The position numbers and the translations under genes are program-made. A model generated the notes under the pieces. It was given only the letters and a program-made list of their open reading frames with translations, had not been told where the DNA came from and made no database searches. Below, piece after piece: positions 32,163 through 42,193 of a DNA stretch of 64,000 bases. The DNA is taken from the IMG/VR virus record IMGVR_UViG_3300010342_000399; one strand, given 5' to 3'. The DNA is from an uncultured virus (IMG/VR IMGVR_UViG_3300010342_000399) (taxonomy: Duplodnaviria > Heunggongvirae > Uroviricota > Caudoviricetes). Position 1 is the stretch's first letter. Each line of letters begins with the position of its first letter.

Positions 32163-32860
32163 ATTAAATATTTTAATATAAATATATAATAAAGATAAAA
32201 AAAAATGGAATAATAAGGATAATATTCCATTTTTAATTTTTTTATTTTTTTTATTTGCTATACACTTCCAACTACTAATGGTGAAACATCTTCAATTGGG
32301 GCGACAGCAGAATCAGGAACAACAACCGTTGGTATCGAATCATTTTCTTTGTCATTCACAACGGATCTTTTATTATTACATAATGCAATAGCAACCGCAA
32401 TAACAATCATAATTACAAAAAATATTTTCTTCATTTTTTTTAATTTAATATAAATATAAATTTAATTCAAAAAAATTATATTGCTCCATATTTTTTAGCC
32501 AATGTCGCAATTATTTCACAATCTTCTTTTGTTATATTATACCACGAATTTTTTAAATGCGTAATATTTTTATTAAATAAACGTTGGCTTTCACTTCTAA
32601 CTCTTTTATCGTAAGCATCATCAAGATCGTAATCAATTTTCATACTGTTATAAAGTTCTAATAATTCATTCTTAGAACATCGTTCTAAGAATTTCCGTAT
32701 ATAAAACATTGACATGATTTTAAATTTTTAATTGTTTATTATTTAATTTTGTTCTTTTTGTTAAATACCATTTTTTAAACGTCCACAAAATTTATAAGCT
32801 ATCATCAGACAAAATTATGTAAAAAAATTCAATTTACCAAATTATTTTTTAATAATTAAT

Positions 32861-33448
32861 TTAAGGACAATAAAGTAATGTACAATTATCTTTATGAACA
32901 TCTATATTTGAAAATCTAGTTTTAAATTGATGTAAATTAAATGGTCTAGTAATAATATGTGAACCATTTTTAGTGGGAATTTGTATTATCATAGGTTCTT
33001 TTTTTGCATCAATTTGTAATTCTATTAAAAAATCAGATAAATCTTTAAACACAATATTTTTATCGTTATCTATATCAATAATCCATTTTTTATCAGGATC
33101 TGAATGGAATTCTCCTGCAACAGAATTAAAACAATTTCTTAATGCTTTACAATTTTCTGTAAAAACAATATCAACAACTTTTTTAAGCATATGCTTAGCA
33201 AGTACATTATAATTTCTTTTATTAATACGAAGATATGCCCTAGCATTTTCCATATTACAAAGATTAATCACATATGGTAATTTTTTATCATAATCTTCTA
33301 ATGAATCAATATAAAAGCTATCAATTATTATTTGATCGCGGTCCATTTCTATATTGTCTTTTCTTCTCTTGAATATTTGTCCAAAATAGAAATCATCCTT
33401 AACACTAAAATTTAACATCGATTTTATGATATGTAAATTATTTACCAT
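32861..33448 (-). CDS. Conserved phage hypothetical protein
   Basis: RRKDN, ARAY, WIIDID, PTKNG.HIITRPF, LLY motifs. Confidence 0.75.
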   Translation of the reverse strand: MVNNLHIIKSMLNFSVKDDFYFGQIFKRRKDNIEMDRDQIIIDSFYIDSLEDYDKKLPYVINLCNMENARAYLRINKRNYNVLAKHMLKKVVDIVFTENCKALRNCFNSVAGEFHSDPDKKWIIDIDNDKNIVFKDLSDFLIELQIDAKKEPMIIQIPTKNGSHIITRPFNLHQFKTRFSNIDVHKDNCTLLYCP

Positions 33449-33830
33449 ATATTTTTTCGTATGTATTAAATAATGACGTAATATTTTGTGCTCCAATAAT
33501 ATTCATTGAATGAATTAAAATTATTTTTGGTAAATCTAATTTATTATCTATACAATAATTAATTAACCATTTAGCACAATCATATCCAGTTTTTTCAGTA
33601 TATTGATCATATGGTATTTCTTCTGGTTTAGTATATTGATGAATATAATGTTCCATTCCCAAATCATGATCAAATGATATAATATTTGGAATTCCATTTA
33701 CTTGAATTGTTTCGACAAATTCATCGTAATTTTTAACAACTTTCCATTCTTTCTCTAAATAAAGATATCGAAATGTATATTCATATACCTCTTTTGGATT
33801 ACGAATATCATCAAGAAATAAATTATACAT
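33438..33830 (-). CDS. Cyclic-phosphate-processing receiver-domain protein
   Basis: LFLDDIRNP, ISFDHDLG, TGYDCAKWL, HSMN. Confidence 0.85.
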   Translation of the reverse strand: MYNLFLDDIRNPKEVYEYTFRYLYLEKEWKVVKNYDEFVETIQVNGIPNIISFDHDLGMEHYIHQYTKPEEIPYDQYTEKTGYDCAKWLINYCIDNKLDLPKIILIHSMNIIGAQNITSLFNTYEKIYGK

Positions 33831-33849
33831 AATATAAAATTTTAACCAA

Positions 33850-34251
33850 TTAAAATCTGTAAATTAATTCATTATCTCTATTATATATTGATATAACAGT
33901 ACCTTTTCCATGTATCCATGAAAACGTCCATCCTTTATATAAAATTGTTCGGCTAGGTAAAATTTTAGCTAATGTATTGGGTGGATCTATTTCTTTACCA
34001 TCTGCTTGAACAATATCTAAAATAGTATAAAAAATTCTAGTAACATCATGTTGATTCGATTTTTTATTAATTAAATTCTCAAATCTTTTTATGTCTTTTT
34101 CTATTATCTGGTTCATTAACTGATCAAATGATTTATCATCATGATAAAGTTTTTTTACTCTGTTCATTTTTAATATTTCATTAGATTCTTTTTTAATCAA
34201 ATAATCCATTAAATCATCTAGAGTTAATGATTCTTTTTCTATTATACACAT
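33850..34251 (-). CDS. Hypothetical protein
   Basis: 133-aa ORF in the operon. Confidence 0.65.
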   Translation of the reverse strand: MCIIEKESLTLDDLMDYLIKKESNEILKMNRVKKLYHDDKSFDQLMNQIIEKDIKRFENLINKKSNQHDVTRIFYTILDIVQADGKEIDPPNTLAKILPSRTILYKGWTFSWIHGKGTVISIYNRDNELIYRF

Positions 34252-34263
34252 AATAATTTAATT

Positions 34264-34734
34264 TTAAAGTGAAAGTTTTTTCAATTCATTAATTGTATTA
34301 TCTACCGATATGTGTTGAATTCCTATACCACCAGCATTTTTCCATTGTTTAATATTTGTTTCGTTATCATCAATTAAAATAGAGTTAGGTGACGCAAATT
34401 CGGATTTATGTTGTGCTGATCTTAAAATTAATTGGGTTCCGGGAAGTTCTCTTTTCACCCAATCATGTTTACCTATTCTTGAATCATCTTGTTTTGATGG
34501 CGCTGATAGAATTTGTGGGTTATATTTTTTAATATAATTCCATAACTTTTTACCATCATCAGTCCATTCAAGATTTATCCAAAAATCATATCCTGCTTTA
34601 TTTATAGGTTCCCAAAACTGTTTATCATCATAATGATGTCCTATAATATCGATGCCAGTTAGTTCATAATATCCTTTAATGAAATTGGTAAGTACACCAT
34701 CTAAATCAACAAAAATTTTAAATTCTTTTTCCAT
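34264..34734 (-). CDS. HAD-family 5'(3')-nucleotidase
   Basis: DLDGVL, ILS, K..W, LIDD. Confidence 0.88.
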   Translation of the reverse strand: MEKEFKIFVDLDGVLTNFIKGYYELTGIDIIGHHYDDKQFWEPINKAGYDFWINLEWTDDGKKLWNYIKKYNPQILSAPSKQDDSRIGKHDWVKRELPGTQLILRSAQHKSEFASPNSILIDDNETNIKQWKNAGGIGIQHISVDNTINELKKLSL

Positions 34735-34736
34735 GT

Positions 34737-35816
34737 TTAAAAATCTCCATCTTCATCATTTTTAATAAATGGTTTTTCATATTTAGGATATAACATATCC
34801 CAAATTAAATGTGAATAATCTTTATTATCATACATATTAAAAAATATAGGATGATACTGTTTTTTGTGCTTCAAAATTTTTTCTGCAACTTCTTTTCTTG
34901 TTGATTTATCCGTTGGCATAATATCAGATTGATAAATTATTTGACATTCTCGTTTTAATGTTTCGAATGATGTCGTCATTTCGTCTAATATTTTTTTAAT
35001 CCATTTATCAAATTCATCGGGGACATTGTCTAAAATATTATCTATTGATTTATTATTTTTCAAATATTCCCAGATAGTTCGGCTCGAAAATTTGGTTAAC
35101 ATTGAATGTAAACGACAATATTCAGCCCCCTTTATCTTCATTCTAAATCCCGATTTAAATCGTACAACATAACCCTCCGCATCATCCGATATCATTGATT
35201 TAAGTACAGTAAAATCGTTTATTCCATCATATTTTTTTACAATATTAAATCCTGCCAAATTTTGAAAATCATTACCATGAATATTAATTTCAAATCCATA
35301 AGGAATATTAATACAACCTATAAGAATTAAATCTTCAAAATCATATTTACATACAATTCGTCCTTCTTTAAATATTATTTCAAAAATATAAGTATATTGC
35401 GTATTAAGTTTTTTATATTCATATTTTTGTAATAATTCCCAGCCCTTTTGAGCATATTTTGATGTAAATGATCCACGAGAAGCAAATATCCATTCTCCAT
35501 CATAAAAAAATAATAGACCTAACTGCCCATCCATTTTTTCCGTAATCTCAAATGGTTCATTAGGAATTTCAGATGGATCCAATTCACTATGGTTAAAAAA
35601 TTTTTTGAAGCACCTGCTGATTATTTTCCCATTCTCATCAACCACGAGTCCTCTACAGGAAAGTGTTATTTTGTCCCATATCTTTTCGTATTGACACTTT
35701 CGGGCATAATTCAGTATCCATATATTCTTGGTTGGGTGTTTTTGTGATATTAACAACCTATCCTGAAGATATTCATTAATCGTTGCCCACGGCAGGCTGA
35801 TAAGTCCTTCTTCCAT
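34737..35816 (-). CDS. RNA ligase, T4 Rnl1-like
   Basis: CRGLV, KKFFN, EKMDG, SRGSF, FEII, EGYVV, KIK..EY. Confidence 0.92.
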   Translation of the reverse strand: MEEGLISLPWATINEYLQDRLLISQKHPTKNIWILNYARKCQYEKIWDKITLSCRGLVVDENGKIISRCFKKFFNHSELDPSEIPNEPFEITEKMDGQLGLLFFYDGEWIFASRGSFTSKYAQKGWELLQKYEYKKLNTQYTYIFEIIFKEGRIVCKYDFEDLILIGCINIPYGFEINIHGNDFQNLAGFNIVKKYDGINDFTVLKSMISDDAEGYVVRFKSGFRMKIKGAEYCRLHSMLTKFSSRTIWEYLKNNKSIDNILDNVPDEFDKWIKKILDEMTTSFETLKRECQIIYQSDIMPTDKSTRKEVAEKILKHKKQYHPIFFNMYDNKDYSHLIWDMLYPKYEKPFIKNDEDGDF

Positions 35817-35904
35817 TTTTGATGTTATATGTTAAGACGTTCATTTTTTTTATCAATACTATAACAATATTGTCCCTTTGGAATTACACTAGTATCTTTC
35901 ATAT

Positions 35905-36578
35905 TTACTCAAAATTATTAAGAATTTTATCACCGTGATGATCATAAGGTAAGTCAAAATCAATTGGCCTTTTTAACATTATTGGAATAACTTCATTTAA
36001 TAAATTATACGGTCTAAATTCGGGATGACCATCAATTCCTATATCCATACTTCTACCTTTTCCAAATCTTCGTTCACTCATAAAATGAGTATGCCCGTGA
36101 AGATGAATATTTCCTTCTCTCATATTTTTCCATGATAAAATAGGATAATGAGACAAATGAAGAATATATTTATCGATTTTATAATCTTCATTAGCATTAT
36201 CAACAGATAAAAATAATTCACGAATATTGCCTTTATTTTTTTTTATATGATGATCATGATTTCCTAGAATAAGAATAATGTTTTTACATGTTAATCTATC
36301 ATAAAACTCTTTAATAGATTCAAACCCACCAAATGACCAGTCTCCCAGATGAATTAATATATCATCAACCATAACAACATTATTTATATTATTCACCATC
36401 ATATCATTCATTTCATCTAATGTAGAAAAATCCCTAGTTTGTTCAATTGGTATACTCCCATCTGGATTTCTCCATTTTGTAACACCACGGCAAATGTTCT
36501 TATGATTATAATGTGCTAAGTGTCCGAGGTAATCCACACGTTTTGTGAGGGTACCTCGGACATATTAATTTTAAACAT
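35905..36578 (-). CDS. Calcineurin-like metallophosphoesterase with a 5-nt discontinuity in the first motif
   Basis: ATG 36578 gives ..VWITSDT then TAG; HYNH, HLGD, GNHD and HGHTH follow in another frame. Confidence 0.8.
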
Positions 36579-36700
36579 TTTACTTTCTTATTAATATTTT
36601 ATATATAAAAAACACAATAAATTAGGAATTAAAAGTCCAACAGCGCCAATAACTGCAATAATTAATACTCAAATTTAATTAAACATAAAAAAAAGTTTTA

Positions 36701-37195
36701 TTAACAAAAATCATCGTGAGGTGAAACAACAAGTCCGTCAATTATTTTACAATAATGTTCTGACATATTGAATAACGCCTCTGTAGGATGCGATTTAACA
36801 TAATTTTCATTATATATAAGTCCATTGGGCTGTTCCCATTCAAGAGCATCTTCAATAAATTCTTCATTTGGTATTAATCTACCATATTCATCCACAACCC
36901 TTCCACTTCGAATAAATTCGAAAAGATCTTCTTTACTAGAATAATAACGATTTTTATTAAAATTCCAAACAAATTTCCATCCATGACTTCTTTTTCCTAA
37001 ATGAATTTTTGTGCCATTAAGAAATTCGTCCCATGGACTCATTTTATTCCAATCATTCTCATTAATTGAAATGTAATTAAAATCACTTTCAATATTTTGT
37101 GAAGTTAATTCCATATCAACTATACGGTCAATAAGCGCTTTTTTTCGATGTAACATTTCTTCTTCCATTGGTGTTCTATAAAAATTAGTTCCCAT
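36701..37195 (-). CDS. Conserved phage hypothetical protein
   Basis: MGTNFY, IHLGKRS.GWKF, DEYG. Confidence 0.8.
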   Translation of the reverse strand: MGTNFYRTPMEEEMLHRKKALIDRIVDMELTSQNIESDFNYISINENDWNKMSPWDEFLNGTKIHLGKRSHGWKFVWNFNKNRYYSSKEDLFEFIRSGRVVDEYGRLIPNEEFIEDALEWEQPNGLIYNENYVKSHPTEALFNMSEHYCKIIDGLVVSPHDDFC

Positions 37196-37329
37196 AGATA
37201 TAAGTTTTATAAAAATAATATTATTGAAACAAAGATATAAATTATTTTTTAATTATCAAAAAAAAATATAAAAAATCCCTGTGATTATTATTCAACAGGG
37301 ATGAAATTATATAATTGATTGATAAGGAA

Positions 37330-37575
37330 CTAAAAATTATATAAATCATATTTTGATCTAATTTTCATTATTTCATCGCAATCGGGATGATTATCCTTAC
37401 CTTGACACCATATCATACCAAGATTTATTAATAGTTTCAATTCACTAATTGGTATGTTTACATTTTCATTTTGCTCTTTCTGATATTTTGTAATTATATC
37501 ATCATATCTTTGCTCTTTTATTATATTAAGTAGAGTTTGATATTGATTTTCGTTTAAAATAAATTTTTTTGCCAT
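37330..37575 (-). CDS. Hypothetical late-type protein
   Basis: LNENQY..LLNIIKE leader. Confidence 0.7.
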   Translation of the reverse strand: MAKKFILNENQYQTLLNIIKEQRYDDIITKYQKEQNENVNIPISELKLLINLGMIWCQGKDNHPDCDEIMKIRSKYDLYNF

Positions 37576-37576
37576 A

Positions 37577-39037
37577 TTAAAATTCTCCTTTTTCTATAAA
37601 TACATTACTAATGTTTTCTGGGTTTAAAAGTCTTGATATTGTTGTAAGTACAACATTAGGATCAATTTTATTTATAATTTCTTCACCTAATTTATTCATA
37701 AGATTCTGAAATATACCACGACTACTTCCAACACCATATGGTCCGGTTGTTCCGATAACGCCAAAAAATTCTTTATTATTTCTAATAGTCATTTCTTCTG
37801 GATCTATATTTTGCGGTAATGGAGCAATAACACTAGCATATATAGGCGTAATTAAATTCTTAGTATTTTTACCTAGTTTTTCATCAGCTGCCCTAAAATT
37901 CATTTCTGCCTCAAATTTACATCTAAGTACATAATCATTATCACGAATATCGCCCTCAATAGTTAATATGCTTTCAGTATTAAATCCAACCCGGCCTTTT
38001 TGAATATTTTTTTTCAAAAGTTTTAATATTTTTGTATATTCACCAGCTTTTTTAAATTCAGATTCATCATATATTCTTTGCAAAGCAGACCAACGTGCAT
38101 TTCCAGAATATGTTCTAGGCATAAATTTAGAACGATATCTTTTTCTTGCTTCTATACTGTTACCATTTTCTAATTCCAAACGAATATTGATAATATCATT
38201 TAGTGCTGCCGCTATACCTGGTATAATTGTACCATCTTCTAATATTTCGTCTTCAAAATCTCTAACTGCATTATATTTTAGATTTATAGTTGGTCTATTT
38301 CCCCCAAAACTAAACAATATTTCACGATTTGTTGTTCTTTCGGTTCTTAATGGGCCCGCCCAAATTTCTGGTATGAGGCTAAGATCTAGTGTGTTTAATA
38401 TATCTGGTCTACTAAATAAATTATTAATTGATGGATTAATTACATAATATTTAGCCCATCTTTCATTATTTGAAAAATCTTTATTTTCTCTGGTTTTCAT
38501 TCGTCTTTCATTTTCTCCCGGCACCGGTATTGAATAATCTGGTTTTCGATATTCTGTTCCCCATCTTTTTGATCTGGGTTCATAATGTGAAAAATATTTT
38601 TCAGGTAAAACAACCCATTCTTTTGCTTTTTTTGGTCTATCACTATTTGATTCCCCAGCATAATTTTGAAATTTAAGACATTTTAAACCTTCTGGTCTGG
38701 TATTACTTTCTAATATTACAATTTCATCACCAATAATAACGCCATTTACTAATTCATTTGTATCTGGATCTAATGATATAATTGGCGTTCGTATTTTTGA
38801 TGTGGGATCCAAATCTACCACAGGAATTCTCATGGGCTGATCTAATTTTATAACTTGAGCGTTTAGTCTTTTATTTGCCATTTCATCTATTTCGCCATAT
38901 GGTAATTCTTGGGGCAAATCAAAATAATTTATAATTTCACCTAGTGATTTAAAATACATTGGTTTATCAAGTTGTGGTATCCTATTAATTTGTTCTAATA
39001 TTCTAGATACCAATTGATTTATCGTTATTATTGCCAT
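37577..39037 (-). CDS. Hypothetical 486-aa late-type protein
   Basis: Long ORF preceded by TATTTATA. Confidence 0.85.
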   Translation of the reverse strand: MAIITINQLVSRILEQINRIPQLDKPMYFKSLGEIINYFDLPQELPYGEIDEMANKRLNAQVIKLDQPMRIPVVDLDPTSKIRTPIISLDPDTNELVNGVIIGDEIVILESNTRPEGLKCLKFQNYAGESNSDRPKKAKEWVVLPEKYFSHYEPRSKRWGTEYRKPDYSIPVPGENERRMKTRENKDFSNNERWAKYYVINPSINNLFSRPDILNTLDLSLIPEIWAGPLRTERTTNREILFSFGGNRPTINLKYNAVRDFEDEILEDGTIIPGIAAALNDIINIRLELENGNSIEARKRYRSKFMPRTYSGNARWSALQRIYDESEFKKAGEYTKILKLLKKNIQKGRVGFNTESILTIEGDIRDNDYVLRCKFEAEMNFRAADEKLGKNTKNLITPIYASVIAPLPQNIDPEEMTIRNNKEFFGVIGTTGPYGVGSSRGIFQNLMNKLGEEIINKIDPNVVLTTISRLLNPENISNVFIEKGEF

Positions 39038-39139
39038 ATATTAAACATTTATTCTATAAATATCTTTAATTTTAAGTGAAGTACAAAAATACAAATATTT
39101 TTTAATTATTACTAATTTTTTGTAAGTTTTCTTGAACAG

Positions 39140-39403
39140 TTAAGAAACCCCACCGTTGTAATGTATTGCCTGTGGTTTAAACGCATTGTTAATATATTTT
39201 CTCCACTCCACATCTTTAGTATTCTTAACCAATAAGTCTAAATCACCATGAGATTTTTTAGTGTGGTATGATAACACATGTGTCGAATGGATATTCAAAT
39301 CGGTAAATATTCGTGTTTGTATTTCCGACATTATTTTGAAATATTCAGCACTATCAATTCTTTTAGTGATAATACCATATTTATTTAATGCTTTACCTCC
39401 CAT
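39140..39403 (-). pseudogene. Truncated nucleotidyltransferase-like gene
   Basis: MGGKAL..K.SHGDLDLL motif, ending after 87 aa. Confidence 0.55.
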
Positions 39404-39471
39404 GATTATAAAGATGAAATTATTTTTTACAATTATACGAAAATAATTTCATGTCGTTACAAAAAAAAGAA

Positions 39472-40242
39472 TTATTGTTCACTTGGTGTGCCACTTAATT
39501 GTGATAGAGCATGTGAACCGCCTTCAACAAACCAATTCGCAATATCGGAACGTCGATGGACGACATTAAGCATTTGGTCGAGAAGTACAAGTTTTTCTTC
39601 TGGGGATTTTGCTTTATGAACTTGTTCAGCCAATTTAACTAATGGTTTTAACCCATAATCACTTATAAATCTACCCATTTCACTTTTGCTGTCATCCATG
39701 TAATAATAATAGAAGTTATCTAATATTTCCTCATATAAAAGTTTATAAAAATCCTCACGAGTCATTTTATCTTCATCATATTTTTCATTATAAATTTTTT
39801 GTGCAAATGGATGAATTTCAACTTTACACGCTTCGGGATTTTTAAGTGGTATTAAACAATTTATTTGTTCTTTAACCCAAACTCCAATGGTATCATCAAG
39901 AGTTTCTTGGTCTTCTCATTCAGTATGACCAGCCAACGTTGTGAGAATGTTTATTTTTCTGGTGTTGTCGAGCATAATACCCTCAATCATATCTAAACCA
40001 CGTTCATCTTTAACAAAACCAAATTGCATATAATCTTCCCATATTTTCTTTAATCTGGCAAAGGGAATCACTTTCCAAGGAATGTGTTTTGTAAAATCGG
40101 GATTGTTATTATAGAGAAAATCACTCATGATTTCCCATTTTAATTCATCTTCCCGCTCATAATAAACCCAATTAATATTATTATCATATTCACGTAAGAA
40201 TTTAACAACCTTTTCTCTGATTATACGATATAATTTGTTCAT
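39472..40242 (-). pseudogene. Single gene interrupted by an in-frame TGA
   Basis: ORF 39916-40242 continues stop-free in frame into ORF 39472-39765. Confidence 0.7.
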
Positions 40243-40452
40243 GTTATTCTATCACCTAATATAAATATCTAAATATTCGTTAATTTAAAAGATTTTAAAC
40301 GATATCGTATTATCAAAAACTACACAATTCATAGCAAATATGCAAGACTTTTTTTTGGGGGGGGGGGTGTATTAATGAAATCAATGCAGCAATAAAAAAT
40401 TATCAAAAACATGTTGCTGCGGTAATGAATCACTATCGCATCATATTTAGAT

Positions 40453-40482
40453 AAAAAAAGGGGGGCGCTTACCCCCTTTTTT
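40453..40482 (-). terminator. Intrinsic terminator closing the tRNA/Pth2 unit
   Basis: aaaaggggg-loop-ccccctttt with flanking A/T runs. Confidence 0.85.
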
Positions 40483-40819
40483 ATTTTTCCCCCTTAACTG
40501 GAACTTCTTCGAGATACTTATACCCCTCTAAAATTCTATCAATTGATTTCTGAAATTTCTGAAGTGGATGATTTTCTTCAGGATAATGATTTTCAATCTG
40601 GGAAAAACTTTTACCTCTGGCGATGCCATAGACTGCATACATAATACATAATTTCTCACGATTTATTAAATGCTGTCTTGTGGCTTCATTTGCATCCATC
40701 AATCTGTCACCTTTAATGTGAACAGTTTTTCTTTGATTTTTATAAAATTTCTGAATTTCGGCTGCTTTTTTAATGCCGTCTTTCATTGCTGCGATGTTTA
40801 TTTTAATTAAAGTTTCCAT
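40481..40819 (-). CDS. Basic hypothetical protein, last gene of the suppressor/Pth2 unit
   Basis: K.QRK..H and Y..ARGKSFSQIE motifs. Confidence 0.8.
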   Translation of the reverse strand: METLIKINIAAMKDGIKKAAEIQKFYKNQRKTVHIKGDRLMDANEATRQHLINREKLCIMYAVYGIARGKSFSQIENHYPEENHPLQKFQKSIDRILEGYKYLEEVPVKGEK

Positions 40820-40982
40820 AATAATATGAATTTAAATTTATAATAATTTTTGTGTAAACAATTTTGTTTATTTTTATGATTTATGTTACATGTTTTATGT
40901 AAAATTATTGCATATTGCGATTTACGATATGTTTATATGATTTGCAATTCGCAAATCATGCATCGTATTGATAATAACATTA

Positions 40983-41018
40983 TTATGGAGGTCTAATTCG
41001 TGCCTATGATTTTTTCAT
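40983..41018 (-). CDS. Mini-ORF MKKS-(TAG)-ARIRPP-stop, candidate arrest peptide
   Basis: ATG AAA AAA TCA TAG GCA CGA ATT AGA CCT CCA TAA, 4 nt after the Pth2 stop. Confidence 0.6.
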
Positions 41019-41022
41019 AATT

Positions 41023-41352
41023 TCAATTTTTTAGTGCTAAATCTAATTTACTTGTGTATTTACACATTTCAGGTGTTCCATAAAAACAAAAAGCTGTCAT
41101 CTGGTTTTGAACATCTGGCTCATAAAAAGCAACTATGTCAGCACCATAATACTGCAATTTATTATATAGGTCTTTGAGAGATTCTTCATTACTGGTAGAT
41201 AGAGAAATCAAATAATTTGATTCTTTTTTCCAGTAAATGAATTGAGATGGGAATTTTTGTGCAAATTCAGCAATTGCGTGTGCTGATTGGACAAGTTGAT
41301 AACCTGCGGAAAGGTCTTTACGAGTTACGGTTACTAATTTTACCTACTTCAT
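41023..41352 (-). CDS. Pth2-family peptidyl-tRNA hydrolase with amber codon 3
   Basis: ATG AAG TAG GTA.. gives MK*VKLVTVTRKDLSAGYQLVQSAHAIAEF..W..EESL..FYEPD..TA..KLDLAL (109 aa). Confidence 0.82.
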
Positions 41353-41432
41353 AATGTTTATTTTTAATAAATACTGTTGTTTCATAAACAATTACAATAC
41401 CAATTAATTTATCCGTCATTTTGTCACTTTTG

Positions 41433-41503
41433 TGATTCCTGTGGGATTCGAACCCACGAATACTTTTTTAGAGAAAGCCGTTTTACCACTAAACTAAGGA
41501 ATC
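41433..41503 (-). tRNA. Amber suppressor tRNA (anticodon CUA)
   Basis: gattcct/aggaatc acceptor; gttt/aaac D-stem; gcttt-ctCTAaa-aaagt; gtggg-ttcgaat-cccac. Confidence 0.9.
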
Positions 41504-41649
41504 TTAATCATCTGCTAATTTATATATTTTTTTTCGAATTATTTCGTAGTTTTTAAAACACAGACACATTGTTTTAAATGTTTTTCCGTTCGCTTTTTTT
41601 ACTTTTGATTTTAAGCACATATTTATGATTTTTCACATAAATACTTTAG

Positions 41650-41721
41650 TACCCCCGACAAGAATCGAACTCGTATCTTATGGTTCGTAGCCACACGTTT
41701 TATCCGTTAAACTACAGGGGC
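41650..41721 (-). tRNA. tRNA-Arg(ACG)
   Basis: tgtgg-ctACGaa-ccata; canonical cloverleaf. Confidence 0.88.
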
Positions 41722-41772
41722 AAATGTTATTCTTAAATTACATATAAAATGACAATAACAAGATAATTTTTG

Positions 41773-41844
41773 TACTCCCAGAGGGAATTGAACCCCCATC
41801 AAAAATTTAGAAAATTTTCATTCTATCCATTGAACTATGGGAGC
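41773..41844 (-). tRNA. tRNA-Arg(TCT)
   Basis: aaaat-ttTCTaa-atttt; gctccca/tgggagt. Confidence 0.82.
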
Positions 41845-41870
41845 AGGCTTGAATAGTTATATTTTATTAG

Positions 41871-41944
41871 TACCCTCGATGCGACTCGAACGCATAACTC
41901 ACAGATTAAAAGTCTGTTACTCTGTCCAATTGAGTTACGAGGGT
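41871..41944 (-). tRNA. tRNA-Lys(TTT)
   Basis: acaga-ctTTTaa-tctgt; accctcg/cgagggt. Confidence 0.92.
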
Positions 41945-41965
41945 ATTATTTTTTAATAATGATTG

Positions 41966-42038
41966 AGCCAACAGTGGGACTCGAACCCACGATTGCCACT
42001 TTACGAAAGTGGTGTTGTAGCCACTGAACCATATTGGC
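41966..42038 (-). tRNA. tRNA-Thr(CGT)
   Basis: ccact-ttCGTaa-agtgg. Confidence 0.88.
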
Positions 42039-42111
42039 AATAAGACTGCAGTAGAACACTATCTACCTTTCCTTTCGATGACTTATGGTTTATAGTCGAT
42101 ACGGTCATTTG

Positions 42112-42185
42112 AGCCTGATGAGGGATTCGAACCCCCAACCCCCTGATTACAAATCAGGTGCTCTCCCAATTAAAGCTAATCAGGC
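42112..42185 (-). tRNA. tRNA-Thr(TGT)
   Basis: cctga-ttTGTaa-tcagg; gcctgat/atcaggc. Confidence 0.92.
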
Positions 42186-42193
42186 ATGTTTTT

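Noticed and set aside
41773..41844. Second CUA suppressor (sequence contains ttctaaa)
   Set aside because: Correct stem register aaaat/atttt places TCT at positions 34-36, so it is tRNA-Arg.
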